From: Naegleria gruberi | Lineage: Eukaryota | Assembly (NCBI GenBank): GCA_000004985.1 | Contig: GG738856.1 | Length of the DNA stretch: 64,000 nt | Strand: one strand, 5' to 3' | Shown: positions 1 through 12,597 of the stretch, in pieces | Numbering within the stretch: the stretch's first letter is position 1 | How the letters are laid out: every line of letters begins with the position of its first letter | The notes under the pieces: generated by a model | The model's input: the letters and a program-made list of their open reading frames with translations, nothing else | Told to the model about the DNA's origin: nothing | The model's database searches: none | Position numbers and translations under genes: made by a program

Positions 1-1042
1 CACTTCACAGAAATCAATTCTTCAACCTGGTGAATGGATCAAGGCAATTCCCTTTCCTCCAAGTAAAAGTTGGATGCGACATTTAACAGAGGATTTATTT
101 GTTGGAGGTGATGGTAATGAGTCGGTGATTTTCCGATTGGATATCGATGGCTTGATAGACAAGGAGAAATCTCTAGGATACTGTGATAATGTTGTTGAGG
201 TTGTTAGTGAGCTGAAAGGAAGTTTTTATTCTCTGATTTCGGATTATTACCTTGTAACGTCCCGTGCAAATAAGGATGGGAAACGAGAGGATCATTATGT
301 GTATGATTGGAGAAGTGGGAGGATGGTTTTTAATTTGATTGGATTTCCTGCAGGTAGAATTCTTTCGTTTGTTGCAATTTATAAGAATGGCTATTGTGTG
401 GCGATGAGTTCAGATCAAACAGATGGTGGTAATTGTAAAATACACTTGATTAACATGATGGAAAAGAAGAAGGAAAGGATTTATATTCAATACTCAATCA
501 AACATTCAGCTAGGGAAGGCTTTATGTGTCTAACAACTTTTGAAGCTACTGGAAATAGAATAGTTATGATACTATCAGAAAAACCACATGTTTTCAAATG
601 GGATTTGAAGGCAGGAAAATTGAGGGAGGAATATGTGATTGAGGATCTTCCTTTTTGTTTTACAGGATGTATGATTGATAAGGATATTGCTGTGTTTCAA
701 GGCAGCAACACTTTAGTTTACAATTTAGAAACAAAACAATTACTGAAAAATATTCCAAATGTTGTACGTACTGATATTCAACATGTTGGATTGGATTCAT
801 TATGGTTAGTTAGATCTAATTTTTTAAATTATAAAAGTGGAGAAATAGTAGAGATGCCCTATAAGAGTGCAGACTATAGCTCACTTTTCCAATACAAAGA
901 TAAACTATTGGTATTAGGTCATAAGAAATTCGGTGTTGTTACTGAAGTGACTAAGGTTCTTAAAGAAGTTCACTCCATACAGGAGTTCAATAAGAAGGCA
1001 CTTGCCATATTTTCAGATATTAGAGTAATAAATCAAAATTGA
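1..1042 (+). CDS. hypothetical protein. The frame is open to the window start and the first ATG is at 74. A beta-rich, WD/beta-propeller-like character is guessed from composition only.
   Basis: 322-aa ORF at 74..1042. The in-frame upstream sequence has no stop back to nt 2. No recognisable motif. Confidence 0.45.
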   Translation, partial: TSQKSILQPGEWIKAIPFPPSKSWMRHLTEDLFVGGDGNESVIFRLDIDGLIDKEKSLGYCDNVVEVVSELKGSFYSLISDYYLVTSRANKDGKREDHYVYDWRSGRMVFNLIGFPAGRILSFVAIYKNGYCVAMSSDQTDGGNCKIHLINMMEKKKERIYIQYSIKHSAREGFMCLTTFEATGNRIVMILSEKPHVFKWDLKAGKLREEYVIEDLPFCFTGCMIDKDIAVFQGSNTLVYNLETKQLLKNIPNVVRTDIQHVGLDSLWLVRSNFLNYKSGEIVEMPYKSADYSSLFQYKDKLLVLGHKKFGVVTEVTKVLKEVHSIQEFNKKALAIFSDIRVINQN

Positions 1043-1161
1043 AATAGTTATTGTGGCAAGATAGATTTCTTCTTTGTAAAAACAAGGGTAGAAGTTGGAT
1101 TTTTGTGATCAAGTAACAATTAGATCTCTCGGCAATTTTCTTCTTTCAATGTAGAATTCAA

Positions 1162-2283
1162 TTAATATCTTCTTGGATTCTTGGATTTTTTAAAGTACTT
1201 TTTAACATGATTTCTGGAGATCAAGTCGGCTTGGTAAATTGGTTCAGGAATACTCTTCAAAGAGCAACGTTTAACAATGCTAACTGCTGTATCCAAACAA
1301 ACCCTATGCCCTGGACTAATATATACATTTGTGATATTATCTGTTTTCAAGATACATCCAATTCTCTTCTCTGAATCAATATCTATATCAATACATTCTC
1401 CCTTCCTGGTCAATTGTTGCTCCAACCCATCAATATATTCATCGGTCAATCCCTTTACCATTAAAATCTTCTTTGCTACTCCAATTGTTGGAATATTCTC
1501 GACCACTCCTAGGTGACATGCAGATCCGAAACCTCTTTGGTGCAAATGGCCATTACCATCAACGAGAATAACTTGTGGCATCATGTGTGGAACCTTGTTT
1601 CTTACATTCTCTATTAATCGTTGAATATGTGGAACTTCTCTAAAAGCTAAATATCCAGCAATGTAAGGCAATGTCATTTCAACTTGTTCGCTTTCTTCGT
1701 GAACTATTTTCAAATCAGGAAATGAAAGAACAATCAAAGTAGCAATAGCTCTATTACTATTCCCATTTTCAAAACTAATATCTACTCCTCCAATTAATTT
1801 CAATGTCTTGTCTAGATTCTTTGGATCAAAGGTCAAGTTGTGATCACGTAAAATCATTTGCCTCTTCAAGTTGTATTGTTCTGTTTTCCAGCCACTGTAG
1901 TCAAAGCCATTATTGTGATTGCTTTTACCATCATTGCTGGCTCTCATTTTGTTGCTACTGGATGAAACTGAACTGGTAGATGATGAATTGGACTCGTGTG
2001 ACACTTTTTGTCCCATAAAGTTTCTCTTTTTAACTGTGTCAATTGACTCGGTTGATGGAGTTGTCTTTGAGGATTGATTGGAACTAACAACTGATGACGA
2101 TTTTGCCAAAGGTTTCTTATTAACATTGCTACTTTGATTTGATGATGAATTTGCTTGCACGGATTTAAACGAATATTTGCTACTTCCATTATTATTATTA
2201 ATATTATTATTAGGAGAAGTATTATTTGATGGTGCTGATGAAGTAGAATTGCCATTGGCAACGATAGAAACCCAAGAAGACAT
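1162..2283 (-). CDS. Endonuclease V (nfi/ENDOV family) with a long N-terminal S/N-rich low-complexity extension
   Basis: The C-terminal 230 aa carry EndoV signatures: LIGGVDISF, YIAGYLAFREVP, ILVDGNGHLHQRGFGSACHLGV, PTIGVAKK. True ATG at 2283. Confidence 0.8.
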   Translation of the reverse strand: MSSWVSIVANGNSTSSAPSNNTSPNNNINNNNGSSKYSFKSVQANSSSNQSSNVNKKPLAKSSSVVSSNQSSKTTPSTESIDTVKKRNFMGQKVSHESNSSSTSSVSSSSNKMRASNDGKSNHNNGFDYSGWKTEQYNLKRQMILRDHNLTFDPKNLDKTLKLIGGVDISFENGNSNRAIATLIVLSFPDLKIVHEESEQVEMTLPYIAGYLAFREVPHIQRLIENVRNKVPHMMPQVILVDGNGHLHQRGFGSACHLGVVENIPTIGVAKKILMVKGLTDEYIDGLEQQLTRKGECIDIDIDSEKRIGCILKTDNITNVYISPGHRVCLDTAVSIVKRCSLKSIPEPIYQADLISRNHVKKYFKKSKNPRRY

Positions 2284-2841
2284 TTTTTTAAAGTTTGAAC
2301 TCGAAGGAAATTACTTCCGATTTCTTTCCTTTCATCACTTGTAAATGTGAATAGTACTAATAAAAATTGTAATTAAATAATATCATAGTATTCCTTGGCT
2401 TAAACTCATCATAGTGATAAGTCGTGAAAGAAGGGTTGAATTGGAATCCAATATAAGCGGACTATTACTCATACTCCTCAAACGGACAATAAGGATGCTC
2501 TATTATTCTACTGCAAGTAAGTCTTAGCCAGCAGCAATATTGAGGTGATGATCATTTGGTATTTTTTTCAGCAAGAAAAGAGCAGAACGTTATCGTGCGC
2601 ATCAAAGAAAAACAGAGTTTCAACTTTTTGATAGTGAGAAGCGATTCATCTTCTTGATTATCATTGCGTTTTTCTAATTTGTTAGGGTCGCATTGTGAGA
2701 CTTTGTGTGATTTTTATATATACAAAATTTAATATATATTATTATTATTTATTTAAATACATATTTTACGTAGTAGAATAGTGGAAATAATTATTATTAT
2801 TATTGGTAGCAGTAGGAATTGTATTATTAATTTATTAAAAC

Positions 2842-5800
2842 ATGTTGACTGAAAATAATAATTATCAATCATCGGCAGCAGTTAGTTCTTCCTCTTCATC
2901 ATCAAAGAGACATCAACATCATGATGATGACGACAATGATTATGATGATAAATTTAAAAAGTTTTCTGATCCGACAGAGGCTGCCAAACACACTTTCAGA
3001 TCACTTGATCGAGTTCCAGGATCATCATTCACAATCAGATCTAATAACAATAATACCACTTCTGATAATAATAACAATGAAAATAATCCAATTGATAGTG
3101 GCTTTGGACAGAATCAAAGGAAATTCCCAGAAAAACCATCAGCACACAGAACACCACTACAACAAGTGGGTGACTTTTTCAATAGTTTGATATTCAGTTT
3201 ACTCTATGTTACTGCTGACACAAAGAAGAGATTTTATAGTTTCCTTGTTGGTCTGATTACTATTGCTATTGTTGTGTTTGTTGTCAGTATATTGTACAAT
3301 TCAATTCTGAAAGCAAATTTAATCTTCTTGAAATTATCTGAGGACAATGTTGGAGATGCTGATATAATGTTTACACCAAAATTCACAAATTTAACAACTA
3401 TACCTTTTATTAACAATACCGAGATTAGTGAAAAATTAGCTAATAGTCCTTATATTACTGGCACAACCCCTCGTTGGATTATATTTGCCAATCTACAGAA
3501 TAGAGATCAACCTCAAAAGAATATTAGTGGACTTCTCTTGATTTTGGATACTGAGAGAGAAGAACAATTGGGAATTGGTAGAATATGGCCATACAGACCT
3601 CTTGGAGAAGGAGAAATTCATGTGAGAGATTCTATATTGCGAGCCATTGATGTGAAGCCAAATAGAGGGCAGAGAACTAATCTTGTAATTGATTTTGCCA
3701 GTTTGGCCAGTGCATTCTCTGGAAGTACTGAAGCCATACAGAATGGTGTGGATCCAACTCAACAAAATTTCGATCAAGCTCAATTATTGAGATCTCTTTT
3801 CATTTAAACTTAAAAGTGAAGGGTGAATCTTCTGTTGTTGATTCTATCACCTCCAATTATGCCAAATATCCAAGTGCTCTTGGTAACGTAATGATTATTG
3901 ACAGTCACTATGTAGGTCAAATAATTGAAGAGTCACTATTTGCCTCGCCCTCTACGCAGTTACTTTTGGAAATTACAGGAAATACTCAAAAAATCAAAAA
4001 CTTTTTCAAAACTTTCCCAATAGAACAGTACAGTTTAACTCTAGCAGGTCGACTGAAAGACAGATTCCCAACCTATCTCAAGAGTGATAATGAAAGAAAA
4101 CAAGCAGTTATTGGCATTACCAATGGTATGATGGATAGTATTGGAGTTGCTTATCCAGTCACTTACACTCTTCCACTTTTGAGTGCTTTAGATGGTACCA
4201 AATTTATTTCATTATTTATTGATCAAATCTTTATTGGAGTTGTTGTCATGTTAGCCATTTTGGGTATCATTTTGATTTTTGCCCTCCTTTTGGCCAATGT
4301 TGAGGAGAAAACCTATGAATATGGTATGTTGAGAGCCCTAGGTCTTCGTCAGTATTCTCTTATTCAGGTCATTTTGGCTCAATCCATGTACTTTGCCATA
4401 CCTGCCATCATTATTGCCATGGTACTTGCCTTCTTGGTAAATATTTTGGTTGAGTATGTATTACAAGTTGTTATCAGCACTCCAAGCTTGAATTTGTACT
4501 TCTTCTGGGCTGCAGTTGTAGTTCCAATTGCTCTTGGTTTTGGTATTCCTATTATTGCTAACGTTATTCCAATTAGACATGCTATGAGCAGAACTTTGAG
4601 AGATTCACTTGACATTGCCCATCAAACTTTCAATGAAACCACTGTCAAAATGATCAAACTTGAAGAATTAGGATTGGAACCATGGCAAACTGGTGTATCT
4701 ATTTTATTGGTTATTATTGGTTTTGTAGTTTACTATATGATTCCATATTCATTTATTTTCACTGATCTCCCACTCTTCTTCTTTATTTTGAATGCTATTC
4801 TATTGGGTATGCTTGTTGGATTGTGTATTATTGCTGTCGTATTAGAACCATTCTTTGAGAAGATTATATTGAATTTAATCTTGTGTGGACCTGAAAGAAA
4901 ATTGAAGACTTTAATTTCCAAGAATTTGGCTGGTCACCGTAAACGTAGTAGAAAGACCTTCCTCATGTTTACACTCTCAGTTGCCTTTATTGTTTTTGCT
5001 GGTGTTGTCTTTTCATTGCAATCAGCTAATATTCGTGCAAATGTTGAGGCTTTCCTTGGTGCAGATATTGTTGTCATTTCAACCAATTCACGTTATTCAC
5101 TTCCTAAAGACAAACTCAATGAAGCTATTGCACTCCAAAACAGTAGAAACAAAACGATAGAAGCACCAGTTAAGGGACATGCCTACCAATCATTCAGTAT
5201 TGCTAATATTCCGTTCTTTACTGGTTCTAGATTCTCCTCACTTGCCTATTTCCCTAACAGAAGAGTTGTTTATAATGCAGTGGACAGAAACTTTTTGAGT
5301 GTTGTCAAGAGCAAGTACTTCCTCTACACATACATTGATTCAAGTTTCACGTACAATATCACAGATGAGAAACCAGATGTTTTCCAAAGTTTGTACGATA
5401 ATGCAGGACAAGCTCTTGTTGATGGAGAAAAGGTTGGATTCGCACCAAGTATTGTATACAGTGGTGTAAAACTCAATTTCGAAGACAATTATACCTTAAC
5501 CTTTGATCCAGCCTCTCAATACTCACAATACATTGATATTGTAGCTTCTGAAGCTATGAGACCATCTGTTGGTATTGGAATTAAGACTCCAACCGATTTG
5601 AGATTCTCTGGCATCAATAGTAAGACAGGAACTCAAAATTATGTAGATTTTATTGGCAAGTCAAGATGCCTTGCCTATAAGGTCCCTGGTTTCTTCTATT
5701 CTTCATATGAACTTACTGCTTCTGGTTCTCCTGTTATTATTACTATGGATGCATACAAGAAAATTGCAAGATCAGTCGCTAAATCAGTTGGTCTCACTAC

Positions 5801-6377
5801 TTATAATGATGAAGTTTACTATCAAAAGCTCTTTATCAAGCTCAAAGATGAAATTACAACCTTTGAAGTACAAGACGTTTTCAATGCCTTACAAGCTTCT
5901 GTTAGTTCTGATTTCACAAGTATTCAAAATGTCAGAGATTTGGTTGGTAGTACAGAGACTGCTACACTTGTCCTTATGGCTTTCTTCAACATTGTTGCTG
6001 CTATTGCCATCATTTTGTGCTTCTTCATGTTGGCTGTTTCATTCACTGCTAACGTTAGAGATAACTCTTGGGAATTTGGTGTGTTGAGATCTATTGGTTT
6101 GTCTGTCAATGCACTCATTCGTGCCTATATTTATGAAGCTCTTTGCTTGGTCATTTCGGCCTTTATTTCTGGTACTGTGATTGGTTGTGTAATTGCCTTG
6201 ACATTAACAGCTCAGTTCAACTTGTTCTTGGAGATGCCGTTCCAATTCGATTTCCCATACTACCTCTTCTTCTCTATTCTTATCATGGCTCTCATTTGTG
6301 CCATTCTGGGTAGTTACTTGCCTGCTAGAAATTTGAGAAAGAAGGAAATTGCTCTCGTCATTCGTGGAGCTGAATAA
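2842..6377 (+). CDS. FtsX-like permease family (DUF214/MacB-like) membrane protein with two FtsX domains. ORFs 2842..3807 and 3816..6377 are joined by an apparent +/-1 frameshift near 3732-3815.
   Basis: N-terminal TM (FYSFLVGLITIAIVVFVVSILY) plus an extracellular region in ORF1. ORF2 has two FtsX 4-TM modules (GMLRALGLRQYSLIQVILAQS... and NSWEFGVLRSIGLSVNALIRAYIYEALCLV...PARNLRKKEIALVIRG). No GT...AG candidate lies between the two frames, so this is a frameshift rather than an intron. Confidence 0.75.
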
Positions 6378-6378
6378 A

Positions 6379-8134
6379 TCAATCTTCATAAAAGGTACTA
6401 TATGTATTGTCCAAAAGATCATTCCCCTTAATTATCGAAAAACATTGGTTCGACAAATTAACACAATCCAACATGGGAAAAATTGCATTCTCATATCTAC
6501 ATACAACCTTGCACAAACAAGATAACCATTTAGGAAATCCCATATCTCTTGCCTCTTGATAAACATCAGTATCCTTATCTGCAGAATAACAACAGCAACA
6601 AGTTCCACACCAACACAACGCTATTAGGCAACCATTGCAAAGACCACACAATCTAGATGTACAACATATTTTTGAGTAGCACTTGTCAACAGATCCAGAT
6701 ACAGTCCAAATTTTCAGCTTTACACATTTTTTTTCAATAGCTTGTGACACTTTCATACTAGGAATTGTTGGAAAGTAATAGTGGTGAGAAATGATTACAG
6801 ATTTTTCTCTCTTGAAGATAATCCTCTCAAATTGAATTTCAATCTTATCTTCACTGGTAGAGGTGGAGAATGTTTCATTCTTCTTTTCAATGTTACATTG
6901 TTCTTTTAGCATTTCTTTTGCATAATCACTCATTTCTAGTCCAGAATTGTAAATGTGTCTAAAGAATAGTTCTAAGAGTTTGATTCTTTGGCTATTATTT
7001 AAGGTTTCAAGGGAGACCAATGTGAGAAATTCAGGAAGAATATGAGCCTTAACATTCATGCCAAAGTGGTTATCTTTGAATGACAACTCTGCACTTGTCA
7101 AGCCTTGTTGAGGATGATTTCTCAAAACAATAGGTTTGGTCATATTCTTGATAAATCTTTCCATAATAAAATGATATTTCCTCTCTTGGTTTTGGATTTA
7201 AAAACACATAATGACGTCTGTTTTCTGTGCAAACAATGGAAGTTTCACAGCTAATTTTATCTTTGATAGAGTGATGTAAAGCATAATGTTTAAACTGAAA
7301 GTGTAGAATGGTCTTTCGACAAAGTCGAAACGGATTCATTTTCATATTCTTATCAATGAGCGGTTTTTGCATCCACTCTCCATACAGATCCCTCAACCCT
7401 ATGTGATTCGATACATCTGCTAATAGTTCTTTCCCCTTATTATAATAAAATAATTTGGGAGATGTTGTTGCCAGCTCACTATTCAAAGGTTGACAGTCAT
7501 CAATCGATTTTCCTGACATTATACTTTCCAAATCATCTAACAGATTGTTATCATTAAAATTAAACTCGTACTCTATTTCATCCTCAGATAGTCTTCTGCA
7601 TTGGCTGCCCAAAATTTTTTCCATTATTTCTATAAAACTGTTGGTACTCGTTTCAATATTTTCAGAATTATTTCTATTCTCTTTACCTGGAATGAATATT
7701 TGAAAATAAAGCCTAGGTAAGTAAACACTCTCAATTCTTTCCAACAACTTTTGACTTCTTATTGCTTCCTTAACTGATGCAGCAATTGATTCTTCTTTCG
7801 TTTGAATTCCAATGCTCAAAGATGATGATGACAATGAGGAATTTCCTCTAAATACATTATTAAATAATCGGCATGTTATTCTTAATGATTGAATTTCATA
7901 GGAGCCTCTATTAGGACAATAGGAAAGAATTGAATCGAGTGAATCATGATCCAACTCTATAATATTACATCTTTTCATTGTGTATACACGATTATCATCC
8001 GAAAAAGATTGATACAGAGGAAGATCGTGATTATGTCTACTATTCTCTATAATTGTTGTTACTATCAGCTTATTTTCTTCATCTTCATCAAAAGGAAGAA
8101 TGGGAAGAATTCTATTCTCGGGACATGAAATCAT
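6379..8134 (-). CDS. hypothetical protein with a C-terminal Cys-rich cluster (CCTSRLCGLCNGCLIALCWCGTCCCCY). Two overlapping ORFs (7070..8134 and 6379..7164) are linked by a frameshift or a tiny intron.
   Basis: ATG at 8134. The two frames overlap by 95 nt. A possible 25-nt GT..AG element at about 7105-7130 (non-consensus donor GTTTTG) would join them. No family recognised. Confidence 0.45.
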
Positions 8135-8357
8135 TTTTTTCTAAAAAGATTTAAATGTCTCCTATAAATTTTTTGTAAAGCAACATAAATATTTAATAAA
8201 TCTCCTACCCTTTCAATATCAAAGAGAGGCGCTCTTATTTTCGCCGTCGTTCAAAATTAAAAAGCTTTCGCCTGTTTTTTTTGACCTTAAAAAGACTATA
8301 AATAGCCTCAATAGAACCTCTCTGCTTCTCAATAATCAATTAAGAAAAAAACAAACA

Positions 8358-8613
8358 ATGTGTTACGAAACAACTTGTAATAAGTGTGGAAAGAAGACCT
8401 GGGGCGGTGAGTTATCAAGATAGACTAGATAATATTGATGATTTTGATATGTAATTTAATATTAGGATGTGGAATGCACAAGGAAGCTGTATGTTTATTT
8501 AAATTAAATTTTCTTATATATGCTATTAATATTTTTGTAATTGCTGATTATTTTCGGAATAGGTCATGAGAAATATTAAGCCAGAAGACAAATGTACCTG
8601 CCCAAGAAATTAA
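8358..8613 (+). CDS. small conserved Cys-rich protein of 40 aa (MCYETTCNKCGKKTWGGCGMHKEAVMRNIKPEDKCTCPRN). Three exons: 8358..8406, 8466..8488, 8563..8613.
   Basis: Intron 1 is 8407..8465 (GTGAGT...TTAG). Intron 2 is 8489..8562 (GTATGT...ATAG). Phases are consistent. CxxC...GCG...CxC zinc-ribbon-like pattern. Missed by the ORF track because every exon is under 60 aa. Confidence 0.55.
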
Positions 8614-8831
8614 CATCTATAGAAGAAAAGAGAACAATTAAACCCAAATAAAACACTTAAAATTAAAAGAAATACTTCCAACATGCAAGGTTCACCATCA
8701 TCATCATTTCATCCTTAGGAAAATTCATAAGAACTCTTTATTGTAAAGTGTAATTGAGAAGTAGTATCAATTTACATATTTGAATACTATTACTTCTCAA
8801 TAGTTGCGGAAAATAAAATTCATAAAAAAAA

Positions 8832-9755
8832 ATGTATCCACATCATCAACCACCACCACATCATCGTGATGAAGATCCTAGAATGATGATGAATTTTGGA
8901 GGTAAACCTTCCTCTTCCTCTTCAGGATCATTGGAAGAAAAAACACAATTTATGAAACAAACTGTATTGATGGAATGGCATGATGTGTGTATGTTGATTG
9001 GAGTGCATGATAGAACCAATATTGAAAAGTGGTGGCTGATTATTCAACAAGCCTATGATGGAACTGGAGTTTATGATCATGAGGAAGTAAAGAAGAATTT
9101 GGAAAATTCGGAAGAGGTGAAACATGACAGATTCTATCATACAACCATGCACTTGTTTCACTTGTTGATTCAATTTAGAGATTTGTGTCAACAGGATAAG
9201 TGGATGAGTGTTAGTAGATCCGATTCTGCTGTGGTGAGGTTGGCTATTTTCTTCCACGATATTGTCTATGATGTGAAGAGAAAAGACAATGAATCAAGAA
9301 GTGCCAAATTATTTGCAGAAGCTTTTATTAATGATGTTAAACCAAGAAGTTTGAGTGAGGGGGAGATTAAAAGAGTGGTGTTTTTCATTGAATGTACAGC
9401 AAGTCACTTGTCACATCAAGACAAGGACGACAAGATGTTAAAATACTTTTTAGATTTTGATTTGGCTGTATTGGCCTATAATACACCAAAGGAGGACGAT
9501 CAATACTTTAAAGATTTCTTTATTCAGTGGAATAACAAGGAAGAATTGTTACAAAGTCACTATGTCAAGAGTTATGTAGATAATGTCAGAAAGGAATATT
9601 CTTGTTATAGTGATGAAGAGTTTGCTAAGGGAAGATCTGGATTTTTGAAGAAAATGCTTTCATATGAACACATTTTCTATTCACCAGCATTGAGAGAACG
9701 TTACGAAAAGCAAGCTATGGAAAATATGAAATGGGAATTGACTCTTTATGAATAA
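8832..9755 (+). CDS. hypothetical protein, possibly an HD-domain metal-dependent phosphohydrolase
   Basis: 307-aa ORF with ATG at 8832. H...HD-like spacing (HTTMHLFHLL ... LAIFFHDIVYD). The assignment is tentative. Confidence 0.45.
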   Translation: MYPHHQPPPHHRDEDPRMMMNFGGKPSSSSSGSLEEKTQFMKQTVLMEWHDVCMLIGVHDRTNIEKWWLIIQQAYDGTGVYDHEEVKKNLENSEEVKHDRFYHTTMHLFHLLIQFRDLCQQDKWMSVSRSDSAVVRLAIFFHDIVYDVKRKDNESRSAKLFAEAFINDVKPRSLSEGEIKRVVFFIECTASHLSHQDKDDKMLKYFLDFDLAVLAYNTPKEDDQYFKDFFIQWNNKEELLQSHYVKSYVDNVRKEYSCYSDEEFAKGRSGFLKKMLSYEHIFYSPALRERYEKQAMENMKWELTLYE

Positions 9756-9892
9756 TTTGTATATATATTATATTATTTGTTAGATTACTTGTAATATTAA
9801 TGTAATTAATTTATTTCGATATTTATTAGCTATTTATTATTAATAATATGAAAATTTAGAATTATTTCAATATAATTATTTATTAAATATTA

Positions 9893-11626
9893 TTATTTCT
9901 TTGAAGTTTGATTCGTGGTGGTTGTTGGTGAAACAGAAATTCCCCTCTTTTGTTGAGATTTCTTTGTGCCAATGTCTTTAATCTTTTTAATTCTCATCTC
10001 TTTCAAGAATTCCATCGATTGCTTGAATCTCATGTGAGTATCTAACATGACAATGGAAATTTCCTTCTCCAAGTAATCGAACAAGTCTTCAGATAAGGAA
10101 TGAATTTGATGATTGGAATAAGCATCCAGTTCCATCTTGACCGATTCAATAGAGCTAGTGTTGACATTCACAGCTTTAGCACCAGTGACATCAAGGAAGG
10201 TTAAGTAAATCTCAGAGGCCAATTGGGACTTTTTAACTTCAATAGTATCCAATTCATTTTCCATTTCTGAAATTGTCTTTGGTGGTCCAGTTTTCTTCTT
10301 CTTTTCAGAGCTTGTTGTCTTGTCATTGCTTGACTTACTTCTGGAGCTTTGTTCGTTCATTTCAATGTTGGAATTGCTGTGATTCTCTGAACCATGAGCA
10401 CCAGACAATGAGGAAGGAACCGATGAGTTGGTAATTGAGGAGGCAGAACTTTCACCATCACTGAGCATTTGAACAAGTTCAATTTGATGCTCACACATTC
10501 TTCTATAAATTTGTACATGTTCCAAGAATTCAAAATTCTCACTATTGAACTCCTTCTTACAATGCTTTTGAAACAAAATTCTGAGCTTGTCATTATTCAT
10601 CACATCCATCAACTCCATAGCTTGAGCTCGTTTCAAATTACGATTATTGATAGCATCCTTCTTAATGGCAAATCCAAACACGAAGAGAATAATAGGCAAT
10701 GTCACCACAACTGCCACAGAAATAATCACCAACGAAGTAGTGGAAGCAACAAAGGCCAAGTAATTATTTCTCGTCTGTGTATCAGTCACATAGGTCATCA
10801 ACTTGTCTTGCTCAACTCTGAAAACATCTCTTGCATTGGTAAATTCGAAACTCTTGTACAATTCAATTGCTTTGGCGAAATTTCCATTTTCCATCATAAC
10901 TGCAGCATTGGAATTGTATTCTTTCATCTTGGCATACATGATTGCACCATTATTAATATATTCATTTCTGACATTTTGGTCTGATATCTGACTCAATAGA
11001 TTACTTGTCAAGGAATCCACTTGATTCGTATACTTGTAATAATAAGAAAGGTAGGAAGTATTCTGTGAATAGGCAGCTACCATCGAATAGGCATTAATCC
11101 AAGCAGCATACAAGTAGATATTTCCTCTCAATGCCAAAACATCCACATTGGTTGAAGTTTGAGCTTGCTGATTGAAAATGATTAGTCCCAAAAGTATCAG
11201 AAAGGTCAGAGTATTCACAATCATTGCAATAATCGCAAAAATTCTCACCCAACTCAAATCTAACAATCCAATATTACAACATGATAAATCCATGCGAAGT
11301 GCACCCTTGGAAACGGAGATTTTCTTGACTGTTTTGGAAGAACTTGAACTGGTTGAACTTTTGTTATCTTCATGTGCTTTATCGTGGTGTGTATGATGAT
11401 GTTGATGATGAGAATTTGAGAAGGTTGTTGATTTTTTCTTATTGGAATCGGTTGCTGGAGTTGGACTGGTTGAATTCGAATAGTTTTCATGAGGAATGGC
11501 AATGGTAAGAGTGTTAACTTCTGGGAGACTATTTGGTGTTATGGCTGCTGTGGTGGAGTATTGACTTGTTGGAAGGGTTGCAATGTCTAAAGAAGACGAA
11601 AGTTGTACAGTGTGTCCTTTCTCCAT
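9893..11626 (-). CDS. transmembrane RGS-domain protein (regulator of G-protein signalling)
   Basis: RGS core LRILFQKHCKKEFNSENFEFLEHVQIYRRM. Two hydrophobic TM segments (IFAIIAMIVNTLTFLILLGLIIF; LVIISVAVVVTLPIILFVFGFAI). His/Ser-rich N-terminus. ATG at 11626. Confidence 0.8.
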   Translation of the reverse strand: MEKGHTVQLSSSLDIATLPTSQYSTTAAITPNSLPEVNTLTIAIPHENYSNSTSPTPATDSNKKKSTTFSNSHHQHHHTHHDKAHEDNKSSTSSSSSKTVKKISVSKGALRMDLSCCNIGLLDLSWVRIFAIIAMIVNTLTFLILLGLIIFNQQAQTSTNVDVLALRGNIYLYAAWINAYSMVAAYSQNTSYLSYYYKYTNQVDSLTSNLLSQISDQNVRNEYINNGAIMYAKMKEYNSNAAVMMENGNFAKAIELYKSFEFTNARDVFRVEQDKLMTYVTDTQTRNNYLAFVASTTSLVIISVAVVVTLPIILFVFGFAIKKDAINNRNLKRAQAMELMDVMNNDKLRILFQKHCKKEFNSENFEFLEHVQIYRRMCEHQIELVQMLSDGESSASSITNSSVPSSLSGAHGSENHSNSNIEMNEQSSRSKSSNDKTTSSEKKKKTGPPKTISEMENELDTIEVKKSQLASEIYLTFLDVTGAKAVNVNTSSIESVKMELDAYSNHQIHSLSEDLFDYLEKEISIVMLDTHMRFKQSMEFLKEMRIKKIKDIGTKKSQQKRGISVSPTTTTNQTSKK

Positions 11627-12597
11627 TCTAATTGTTTCGAATAAAAGTTTGTATGTGAAAAAGTTGAGTTGTGTTGTATGTTAATAGTCTATGTAAACGA
11701 ATGCAGTTGAGCCTACGAGTATCGTTTTATGTTTTTTTTGAATATTTGCTTTGTGTTTACACTTCTCTGTGTTTCAACTAATTTCGTCTAGTTTAATTAG
11801 GCAATTAGAGCAGGTTGACCAATCCATAAAAGTAATATTTAACGACAAAGCACAATTTGTAATAAATGTTGTAGGGCTTCCGAAATATAATTGTACATAC
11901 AAAACTGCATTAGGTTTCGAATAATCAAAATAAATTATTAGAAATGGTTCCGCGTACTTAGATACGCTTGGATACTCTCTTGTTTTGCCCAAATTTAAAC
12001 TAATTCAAAACATTGTAACAATCCTATCTTCAAATACTATTATCAAGTATTGGTATTCGTATAGTTTCCGATAAAAATCAAAGACTATTCTAATTGATTG
12101 AATTCACAGTTTCATGGTAAATTTTATTGTAAATTTATTAGAAGATTCAGTTACATTATTTAATAAATGAATAGTTTAAGGAAATTAATGATTTCCAAAT
12201 ATGTTTCGAATATTTGGCAGATTGAAATTGAACAACGAACCACATGTGAAATTTACTTTATTTTGGATGTGAAATTAAACACATTGCAAATTGGTTGTCA
12301 TGACTTCCATTTTCAGATGTTTGGCCCAAATAAAAACCTTCATGAATAACTTTCCTAATACATTCGTGCATCCCATTCATGGAATTCCACTCATTGTATT
12401 TCTCATAATATCAGGTTTTGAAAGTTCTATCAATGTGAACGCAAGCTATTCGAAAGAATAAATACAAGTTTCTCTACTGAGATCTTCTGTTAAAAGTTTA
12501 TCTAAACTACCTCCCTCATAAAATTTCATTAATGTGTTCCGTTTCCATGGAATTCATTGAAAGGTCAGTATGGTTTTATTTTCATTATTTTGAAATT

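Noticed and set aside
1944-2261. ORFs 1944..2261(-) and 1277..1516(+) overlapping the Endonuclease V gene
   Set aside because: Low-complexity alternative frames of the S/N-rich region. The EndoV frame carries the conserved motifs.
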